Of a stretch of 64,000 nt of DNA, positions 8,862 to 16,169 are shown one piece after another. How positions within the stretch are numbered: the first letter of the stretch is position 1; every line of letters starts with the position of its first letter. A model generated the notes under the pieces. It did not search any database. It was not told where the DNA came from and saw nothing but the letters and a program-made list of their open reading frames with translations. Origin of the DNA: a virus; the IMG/VR virus record IMGVR_UViG_3300027754_005988, positions 32,001-96,000 of that record; one strand, given 5' to 3'. The translations under genes were made by a program, and so were the position numbers.

Positions 8862-9620
8862 ATGAGAAGATTTGATAAAAAACACAATTTAGAAAAAGCT
8901 AATTTATTGGCTGAAGCAAGATATCTAGAATCTAAAGGATTGCTTAACGAATATGATAGGGGTCAATTTGATTCTAAGTATTATAATTTAGATAAAGAAA
9001 GAAAAGAAAAAATAATTGATTATTCTAAAGAAAGACAAATAAGAGATGGTTTAAAATTTAAAGGTTTAAATCAAAAACATGAATATTTTTTTTTAAAGGA
9101 TGATATTAACATATATTATTTTAAAGATAATGAAATAGAACCTCTAATAACAACAATGAAAAATTTAGGTGATTTTTTTAAAGAGTTTAACCCAAATCAT
9201 GGTGGCTCTAATTTATCATATCTTATTCAGAAATATAAAATAAGACATGAATTTGTTGATTTTGATAAAAAAAACTTAAAAGATTCTATAAAATTAACTG
9301 TTAGAGGTAGTATAAACAATGTATTAGCACCGTCTTTGTTCAATGATGGTGAATTAAGCTTTGATATTGATATGGTTGGTAATTTAAAAAAACAAAGTGA
9401 TAAATATACACCACCGTTTATTCTTGATATACCTACAATTCAAGTAAGGAGTATGTCTGGTGGTGACAGAGGTGTTATCATCCCTATCGATGCAAAGAAT
9501 GCTATTATGTTTAATAATATTATTAAAGACAAAATACTTGAAAGATACGGTAAATTTGATTTTAATAATCCTATTTTTATTAAAGATGTTAAAATCGATA
9601 GAAACGCAACAGTAAAATAG
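8862..9620 (+). CDS. Hypothetical protein (possible internal head protein)
   Basis: 252-aa ORF with N-terminal MRRFDKKHNLEKANLLAEARYLESKGLLNE. Confidence 0.7.
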   Translation: MRRFDKKHNLEKANLLAEARYLESKGLLNEYDRGQFDSKYYNLDKERKEKIIDYSKERQIRDGLKFKGLNQKHEYFFLKDDINIYYFKDNEIEPLITTMKNLGDFFKEFNPNHGGSNLSYLIQKYKIRHEFVDFDKKNLKDSIKLTVRGSINNVLAPSLFNDGELSFDIDMVGNLKKQSDKYTPPFILDIPTIQVRSMSGGDRGVIIPIDAKNAIMFNNIIKDKILERYGKFDFNNPIFIKDVKIDRNATVK

Positions 9621-9641
9621 TATAATAATATTTAAAATATT

Positions 9642-9676
9642 AACCATCCATAATTAATACTTATGGGTGGTTTTTT
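9642..9676 (+). terminator. Intrinsic terminator
   Basis: AACCATCCATAA-ttaatac-TTATGGGTGGTT followed by T-tract (one G-U pair). Confidence 0.8.
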
Positions 9677-9717
9677 ATTTTATATGCTTTCTATTTACAA
9701 AAAAACGTATTAATATA

Positions 9718-9724
9718 TATTTAT
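9718..9724 (+). promoter_or_regulatory. Phage promoter motif TATTTAT
   Basis: Lies after the terminator and about 40 nt before ATG 9763. Confidence 0.5.
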
Positions 9725-9762
9725 CTATAGTGTTATAATAAAAATAATTAATAAGTTTTAAT

Positions 9763-11070
9763 ATGGATAAAAAACCACAGGTATTCCCTACCCAAGAACA
9801 AATGAATGCACGTAAGTCTGAAGAAGCTAAAATAGCTGCTTTTGAAGCTGAAAAAGCACAAGCAACTAACGAGATATATCATTCAGCAGCCACACAACAA
9901 GATACACCAAAAGTACATTATGATGCTGTAGAAGCAATGAGGCTTAGAACAGAAAAACAATTATCTGATTTAAAAAATAATGGTACTGTAACTAACCCTT
10001 ATTTATTTGATAATAATGATATTAACTCAATAAATAATGAACAAATGAGACTTCGTGATGAACAGTTACGAAAGAATCAAGAAAACACTATTAAGTATCA
10101 ACAAATGGCTAACGAATCAGCGGCTAGAAACAATAATAATCAGAATACCAATTCTGGGTTTTATCAACCTAATACACAACAAAATATGAATCAAAATACA
10201 CAAAGTGTATCTAATAATTATAATGATAATTATATACCACCAACACCTCCATCAGTTCCTCCAACTAATAATTTTGAGAACTATGGTCAAAACCCTTCAA
10301 ATATAAACCCTTATATTGCTGAAATTAGTCAACCTAACTATAACGCACCATTTGATGTTATTCCATTACCATCACAAGGTAAATTATATCCTAGTAAAAA
10401 AGCTAACATCAAAATTGCTTATATGACAACAGCTGATGAAAATATTCTTAGTAGCCCTAATTTATTAGCAAGTGGTGAATTTTTAGAGATATTGATAAAT
10501 AGAAAGATACTAGAACCAAGTTTAAGATATAAAGATTTAACAGTTGGTGATAGAAATGCTATTATGATTTGGTTAAGAGCTACTGGTTATGGTGAAATGT
10601 ATCCAGTTACCATTTATGATGAAAATAGTAACCCTTTTGATACTGATATTAATTTACAAGACCTTAAAACAAAAAATCTTGGCGCTGAACCAGATGCTGA
10701 AGGATTGTTTGATTTTACACTTCCTTTATCCAAATCTAAAATTAAATTTAAATTTTTAACATGTGGTGATGTGGATAATATTGAAAGAATGGTTGAGGCT
10801 GATAAAGCAAATAACATTCCAGTTGATAGTTCTAGTACTTATACTTTAGAAAGAATGATTGTTGAAGTTAACGGTGATAGAAATAGACAAGTTATTAAAG
10901 ACTTTGCTAACTCAATTAGAGTTGGTGATGGAAAAGCAATAAGTGATTACTCATCACAAATAGAAAGTGGTGTTGATTTAAATATAACCGTTAAGACTCC
11001 TGGAGGTGGGTCTATTGCCACCTTTCTTCCGCTTAACATGCGATTTTTTTGGCCTAACATCAAATTATAA
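9763..11070 (+). CDS. Tail/baseplate hub assembly chaperone (T4 gp26-like) with Q/N-rich N-terminal extension
   Basis: DVIPLPSQGKLY, AYMTTADENIL, DLTVGDRNAIMIWLRATGYG, FTLPLSKSKIKFKFLT, RFFWP; located between tube and tape measure. Confidence 0.8.
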   Translation: MDKKPQVFPTQEQMNARKSEEAKIAAFEAEKAQATNEIYHSAATQQDTPKVHYDAVEAMRLRTEKQLSDLKNNGTVTNPYLFDNNDINSINNEQMRLRDEQLRKNQENTIKYQQMANESAARNNNNQNTNSGFYQPNTQQNMNQNTQSVSNNYNDNYIPPTPPSVPPTNNFENYGQNPSNINPYIAEISQPNYNAPFDVIPLPSQGKLYPSKKANIKIAYMTTADENILSSPNLLASGEFLEILINRKILEPSLRYKDLTVGDRNAIMIWLRATGYGEMYPVTIYDENSNPFDTDINLQDLKTKNLGAEPDAEGLFDFTLPLSKSKIKFKFLTCGDVDNIERMVEADKANNIPVDSSSTYTLERMIVEVNGDRNRQVIKDFANSIRVGDGKAISDYSSQIESGVDLNITVKTPGGGSIATFLPLNMRFFWPNIKL

Positions 11071-11329
11071 AATACCATTGTTGGAAGAAATCTGGATTTG
11101 TACTCAACATATGAAAAATATTAGTTATTCAGATGTTTTAGCAATGCCTACTTATGAACGAAGATATTTTTTAGGTTTATTAACTAAAGATTATAAACAA
11201 AAAGAAGAACAATTAGAAGAGATGAAAACAAAACAAACTACTTCTAATTCAAAAGGTAAACGAACAACAAGTGTTTCTGGTGACCAATTAAAAAATAAAA
11301 TGAAATCTGGTGAGATACCATTAAAATAA
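11006..11329 (+). CDS. gp51-like / GT-like chaperone C-terminal module, probably expressed as a frameshift fusion with the upstream ORF
   Basis: LLEEIWICTQHMKNISYSDVLAMPTYERRYFLGLL motif. The only upstream start is a GTG inside the previous gene; the first ATG falls within the motif region. Confidence 0.7.
   Translation: MGLLPPFFRLTCDFFGLTSNYKIPLLEEIWICTQHMKNISYSDVLAMPTYERRYFLGLLTKDYKQKEEQLEEMKTKQTTSNSKGKRTTSVSGDQLKNKMKSGEIPLK
11044..11050 (+). other. Putative programmed frameshift site (T7 run, CGA TTT TTT TGG)
   Basis: Frame 0 reads R-F-F-W-P; the overlapping frame reads D-F-F-G-L-T-S into the downstream ORF. Confidence 0.6.
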
Positions 11330-11330
11330 T

Positions 11331-11356
11331 AAAATCCCCAATTATTGGGGATTTTT
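11331..11356. terminator. Intrinsic terminator
   Basis: AAAATCCCCAAT-T-ATTGGGGATTTTT directly after the stop at 11329. Confidence 0.85.
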
Positions 11357-11367
11357 AGTTTAACAGA

Positions 11368-11375
11368 TATTTATA
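11368..11375 (+). promoter_or_regulatory. Phage promoter motif TATTTATA
   Basis: Lies between the terminator and ATG 11388. Confidence 0.55.
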
Positions 11376-11387
11376 AATAAAATTAAT

Positions 11388-12857
11388 ATGAAAAAAATAA
11401 TTTTAACAGAAAAACAATATAAAGCTTTAGAACAATATATTGAAGAGGCTAGACAAGAAAAGGCCCCTATATCTTTAAAACCGCTTTTTGATAAGAACCC
11501 TACAGCCAAATTTTTTAGTGTTGTACAAAGGTTAAAAACTGGTGGTGATGCTGATTACTATTTTGAACTTGTTGAACAAAATGGGTTTAAAATGGTTAAA
11601 GATATAAATAAAATGGGTAAAACAAAAAATTGTTTAGGTGATTTACATTTAGATACAATGTTATATGGTAACCAAGTTAAAATAGTTTTTAATCAATGTG
11701 GTGAAAGAACAATCAATAATGTTATCGCTGTTAATTTATATGCCACTATTGAAGACCTTAAAAGTGATAAAATATTAGATAAAAAAGAATTAGAACATGA
11801 ATTTGATACCACAGTTGGTGGATTAGCAAATATATATTATGACCGTTTAAAAGCAACACCTATTGATAAACACATTTATATTGATAGTAAAAACAAATGG
11901 GATGGTATTGTTACTAGAAAAACAGCAAATGAGATAGAAATAGAGCTGTTTAAGCATGGTATACCAATTAATGAGGCTGATGATTCAGAAATGTCTTGGA
12001 ACGTTAAACCAACGCAAGATAAAGAGGTAGAGAATAAACCAAAACCTAAACAAAAATCTATTATATTAACAATAGATTTATCAAGCAATCCATTTTATGA
12101 AGAAGATGGTCAATTAATGTTTAAAGGTGTTAGTTATGATAGAGCTACAGATAAAAAAACTGATTTTGTAATACCAGTTAAAAAATTTGATACCAATGTT
12201 GAACCACCAAAACAAAAAGAAGAACCAAAAGCTGATGGTGAAGAATTACCAGTTGGTGAAGAACCAGAAGAAGAAGAAAAAAAATCTGAGGAAGAAATAG
12301 CTGCTGATTTAAAAAGAACTTATGATTTAATTTTAAAAGACCCATTATTACAAAAAGCTTTTTATGATAAAAAGAGCCAAGGTGTTTTGAATTATTTTAT
12401 GGCTGCTCTTAAGGGTAAAAAAGCATATGGTAAAGGAATAATTCATACTTTAGATTTAATAAATGATTACAGTAGAAATAAAGTACAAAAAGATTTAAAC
12501 GCTGAATTTATAATGGGTAAAAAAGTATTTTTTGAACCTTATCAAAAACCTATTAGCATTACATATGATTCAAAATCATTTCAATTAGACACAGGTAAAA
12601 AATATTATGGTGTTGTTAGAAGATTTAAAACTGGTGATGAGCATTACATTATAGATAATAAAGCTGAAAAGTTTAAAGTAATTGTTAAATCTAAAACAAA
12701 TATTGAAGATGTTTATAAATGCAATGTAATAAAATATACTACAAAATCTGATGGTAAATTATCGAAAGAATATCCTAAAGAAGATGTGTTTATTAAATTA
12801 TATAAAGGAAATGAAAGTGATGGTTATAAACCAATAGAAAATAAAACAAAAAAATAA
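11388..12857 (+). CDS. Hypothetical protein with MKKIILTEKQY N-terminus (possible internal head protein)
   Basis: 489 aa, acidic EEPEEEE linker, N-terminus similar to ORF 6299. Confidence 0.75.
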   Translation: MKKIILTEKQYKALEQYIEEARQEKAPISLKPLFDKNPTAKFFSVVQRLKTGGDADYYFELVEQNGFKMVKDINKMGKTKNCLGDLHLDTMLYGNQVKIVFNQCGERTINNVIAVNLYATIEDLKSDKILDKKELEHEFDTTVGGLANIYYDRLKATPIDKHIYIDSKNKWDGIVTRKTANEIEIELFKHGIPINEADDSEMSWNVKPTQDKEVENKPKPKQKSIILTIDLSSNPFYEEDGQLMFKGVSYDRATDKKTDFVIPVKKFDTNVEPPKQKEEPKADGEELPVGEEPEEEEKKSEEEIAADLKRTYDLILKDPLLQKAFYDKKSQGVLNYFMAALKGKKAYGKGIIHTLDLINDYSRNKVQKDLNAEFIMGKKVFFEPYQKPISITYDSKSFQLDTGKKYYGVVRRFKTGDEHYIIDNKAEKFKVIVKSKTNIEDVYKCNVIKYTTKSDGKLSKEYPKEDVFIKLYKGNESDGYKPIENKTKK

Positions 12858-12866
12858 TTTAACTAT

Positions 12867-15305
12867 ATGGCATTGACACCAGATGAAATAGAAAAAGTCC
12901 TTAATTTATTAAAAAAGCAAGCTGAACAACAACAGGAAATCAACAGTGGGTTAGATGGTTATATAAAAGCATTAAAAACTGCTAATGATATAAATGAAAC
13001 CATTGCTCGTAATAGAAAGATTCAGGCAGAGTTACAACAAAATATCAATAAACTTCATGGCCAAGCTAAAATTGATGAACAAGATAAGTTAAATGCACTT
13101 AGGGAACAAACTCTTGAACTAGTTAGGCAAGGAAAAGTATTAAGAGATAATCTTAAAGACGCTAACAAATATAAGATGACATTTGGCGCTATGGGCGCTA
13201 GTATTGCTAAGGGATTTGGTTCATTACCTGGTCTTTTTCAAAATTCTTTTGGTAAATTAAAAGGTTATGGATTGTTTGAAATGGATAAAGCCATTAAACA
13301 ATCTGCCTTGGATATGGGATTGGTTGGTGCAAGAGCGAAGGGTTTATCCACATCTATTCGTGAATCAGCATTAACGACTACTAAATGGGGTATGGGTGTT
13401 AAAGAACTATCTAAATTACAATCATCATATAGTGAAGAATTAGGTAGAACAGTAATGATGGGTAATTCTGGTTTAGAAGCAATATCCGCAATGGGTGTTG
13501 CAACTGGATTAGGCGCTGAAGGTGCTGGTAAGTTAACAGCTGAAATGAATAATCAGGGCTTATCTGCTGAGCGTACAGCTAACTTCATGAAGCAAACCAT
13601 GAATGACTCCACTAAGATGGGTCTTAACACGTCTAAGGTCGTTAAAAACATTCAGAACAACATGAAGTTGTTGAATAAGTATGGTTTTAAGGGTGGTATT
13701 AAAGGATTAGCTAAAATGGCTCAAACAACATCTAAATTAGGTGTTGATATGAACTTTGTTGCTGGAATGGCTGAAAAGTTGTTTGATATTGAAGGTGCTG
13801 TTGATATGTCTGCACAATTGCAAGTTATGGGTGGCGAATGGGCTAAATTAGCTGACCCATTTAAGCTGATGTACATGGCTCGTAATGACATGGAAGGGTT
13901 AACTGAAGCAATGGGTCATGCAGCTGCTTCATCGGCTCATTTTAACTCTGAAACTAAAGAATTTGAAATATCAGCTTTAGAGATGCATAAGTTACGTAAA
14001 ATAGCTGAACAAACAGGTGTTTCATATGATGACTTGGCAAAAGCTGGTAAAAACGCTGCTAAATTTAGTAAAATAGAACAACAAATTGGTTTTAGTTTTG
14101 GTGGTGGTAAAGAAGGTAAAGAAATTAAAGACTTCTTAACTAGTACCGCTGAAATGGATGAAAAAGGAAAAGCATTTATCATTGATATGAAAGGTGATAA
14201 ACAATATCTTGATAAGGTTAGTAAAGATTTGATTAAAAATCAAATGATTGCAAAACAAGAATTGGCAGATAGAGCAAAAGCTTCTATTACTTTCGATGAA
14301 AAAGTAACCAATTTGATTAACATGATTAAGGTTACTATGATGCCTATTGTTGATGGTATTGATTCAGTGCTTGGACCATTGGTTGAACAATTTCATGATG
14401 AAAAATTCACTGGTGAATTAAAAGAGTTAGGTGTATCCATTGGCGAATTTGTTAAATTTGGTGCAGAGATGGTTAAGGGTGTTGGTGAGTTTGTATTAGC
14501 TATAGGTCCTAAGAGCGCATTAGCTTTATTTTTAACAGGTAAAGCTATTGGTTGGTTATTTGAAAAAGCTAGTTGGATTGCTAATGGATTGTTATTGTCT
14601 CAAGGATTTTTAGCTGGAACAAAATTAGGAGGGTTCATGCAAGGAGGTATGGGGGCTATGGCTAGTACTGCTGGAAAAACACTTGGCGCTGCTGGTGGAG
14701 CAATAACTGGTTTGGGAGTTGGTACGGCAATTGGTGGTGGTGGTAAAGGTGCTATGATTGGTTCTGCTATAGGTACTGGTGTTGGTGCTTTTGGTCAACT
14801 TATAGGTATACCTATGCCGATAGGAATGGCTTTAGGTGGTATGGCTGGTGGTTACCTTGGTGGTATGGCTGATGATTATAATAAACCTGCTAATGATGCT
14901 ATATTTAATTCACCTGTAAATGATGCTAAATTTAGTTTAAAACCTAATTTAGGTGGTGCTTTTTCAAAAGATAGAGCTTTAATGCAAGGTGGTAAGATAA
15001 CACCAATTGATAATAAAGATGATTTATTGGCAATGAAACCAGGTGGAGGTATTATGGACTTTTTAAGTAACATAGTTAGTACCAAAGATAATAATAAAGA
15101 AAACACAAATAAAACTAAAAACATTAAAATTGAATTTAGTCCGTTGATATTTAAATTTGAAGACCTGGTTGTTAAAACAAGTGATGGTCAAAGTACTATA
15201 ATTGCAAAAGAATTGTTAAATAATGAACATTTTAAGAGAGATATTGCAAGAACTGTCCATGTTCAAACACAAAAAGCAATTAATCAAGGAATTTTAAAAG
15301 GTTGA
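12867..15305 (+). CDS. Tape measure protein
   Basis: 812 aa, alpha-helical and Ala/Gly/Met-rich, with hydrophobic Gly-rich repeats near the C-terminus; downstream of tube and chaperone genes. Confidence 0.8.
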   Translation: MALTPDEIEKVLNLLKKQAEQQQEINSGLDGYIKALKTANDINETIARNRKIQAELQQNINKLHGQAKIDEQDKLNALREQTLELVRQGKVLRDNLKDANKYKMTFGAMGASIAKGFGSLPGLFQNSFGKLKGYGLFEMDKAIKQSALDMGLVGARAKGLSTSIRESALTTTKWGMGVKELSKLQSSYSEELGRTVMMGNSGLEAISAMGVATGLGAEGAGKLTAEMNNQGLSAERTANFMKQTMNDSTKMGLNTSKVVKNIQNNMKLLNKYGFKGGIKGLAKMAQTTSKLGVDMNFVAGMAEKLFDIEGAVDMSAQLQVMGGEWAKLADPFKLMYMARNDMEGLTEAMGHAAASSAHFNSETKEFEISALEMHKLRKIAEQTGVSYDDLAKAGKNAAKFSKIEQQIGFSFGGGKEGKEIKDFLTSTAEMDEKGKAFIIDMKGDKQYLDKVSKDLIKNQMIAKQELADRAKASITFDEKVTNLINMIKVTMMPIVDGIDSVLGPLVEQFHDEKFTGELKELGVSIGEFVKFGAEMVKGVGEFVLAIGPKSALALFLTGKAIGWLFEKASWIANGLLLSQGFLAGTKLGGFMQGGMGAMASTAGKTLGAAGGAITGLGVGTAIGGGGKGAMIGSAIGTGVGAFGQLIGIPMPIGMALGGMAGGYLGGMADDYNKPANDAIFNSPVNDAKFSLKPNLGGAFSKDRALMQGGKITPIDNKDDLLAMKPGGGIMDFLSNIVSTKDNNKENTNKTKNIKIEFSPLIFKFEDLVVKTSDGQSTIIAKELLNNEHFKRDIARTVHVQTQKAINQGILKG

Positions 15306-15362
15306 TAATTAATAACTTATTAAATAATTTAAATAATATTATTAAAAATATCATCATACTAC

Positions 15363-15393
15363 TTGACAATGTGGTTTAAAAACGGTTAATTTG
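15363..15393 (+). promoter_or_regulatory. Near-consensus Bacteroidota sigma promoter (TTG-N20-TTAATTTG)
   Basis: TTG at 15363-15365; the -7 element has one mismatch to TAnnTTTG. Confidence 0.45.
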
Positions 15394-15476
15394 CATTAAA
15401 TAAAAATAAAATATATATATAATATATAAATAATATTAATATATAAATAATAATTTAAAAGTATAAAGGGAAAATT

Positions 15477-16034
15477 ATGTTTACAAGAAAAAATCAAACA
15501 ATTTCAAATTTTATTGAATCAATTATTACAGAAGCACAAAGATTAGAGTCTGTATATTCACCACTAACAAATTACACACCTTCAAACTATGTTGGTGAAA
15601 CAAAGACAGAAAGTGGAGTTAATGAAGATGGTACTAAATGGTATAGAACAACATATTCAACAAAAGATGGTTCTTATACACAATCATCATATTTAACAAC
15701 AACAGGGTCTGATACCAATAATTGGTATACAACACCTTCTTTTGAAAAAACAAATACACCAACACAAAATACAACAAATACACCAACTTCTGAAACAACA
15801 TATAAAAAAGTTGATTCAACAATATATCAACTTAGAGAATCTCTAACCAAAGCTGTTGAAAATCAAAATTATGAAGAAGCTGTTAGATTAAGAGATGAAA
15901 TTACAACATACGAAAAAAATAGAGAAGAAATTACTAGTTTAAAACTTCAATTAGAAAAAGCTGTTTCAACACATAATTTTGAAGATGCTATCAAATTTAG
16001 AGATAAAATTAAAAAATTTGAATTTGTAAAATAA
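15477..16034 (+). CDS. Protein with two C-terminal UVR (UvrB/UvrC) coiled-coil motifs
   Basis: QLRESLTKAVENQNYEEAVRLRDEI and LKLQLEKAVSTHNFEDAIKFRDKIKK; Thr-rich linker before them. Confidence 0.8.
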   Translation: MFTRKNQTISNFIESIITEAQRLESVYSPLTNYTPSNYVGETKTESGVNEDGTKWYRTTYSTKDGSYTQSSYLTTTGSDTNNWYTTPSFEKTNTPTQNTTNTPTSETTYKKVDSTIYQLRESLTKAVENQNYEEAVRLRDEITTYEKNREEITSLKLQLEKAVSTHNFEDAIKFRDKIKKFEFVK

Positions 16035-16063
16035 TTAATATATTTTTATTTTAGAATTAATTT

Positions 16064-16087
16064 AAGACACCAATTGGTGTCTTTTTT
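16064..16087 (+). terminator. Intrinsic terminator
   Basis: Perfect 20-bp palindrome AAGACACCAATTGGTGTCTT followed by T-tract. Confidence 0.8.
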
Positions 16088-16145
16088 ATTATATACCAAT
16101 TTGTTTTAATAAGTATTTATTTTGTTAAAAATTACATTACACTAG

Positions 16146-16153
16146 TATTTATA
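16146..16153 (+). promoter_or_regulatory. Phage promoter motif TATTTATA
   Basis: 16 nt before ATG 16170; a second TATTTAT lies at 16114-16120. Confidence 0.55.
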
Positions 16154-16169
16154 TATAAATAAATTAATT

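Noticed and set aside
15353-15360. ATCATACT as independent proof of an RHH regulon
   Set aside because: A few copies of such an 8-mer are expected by chance in 64 kb of AT-rich DNA. It is kept only as a testable side note.
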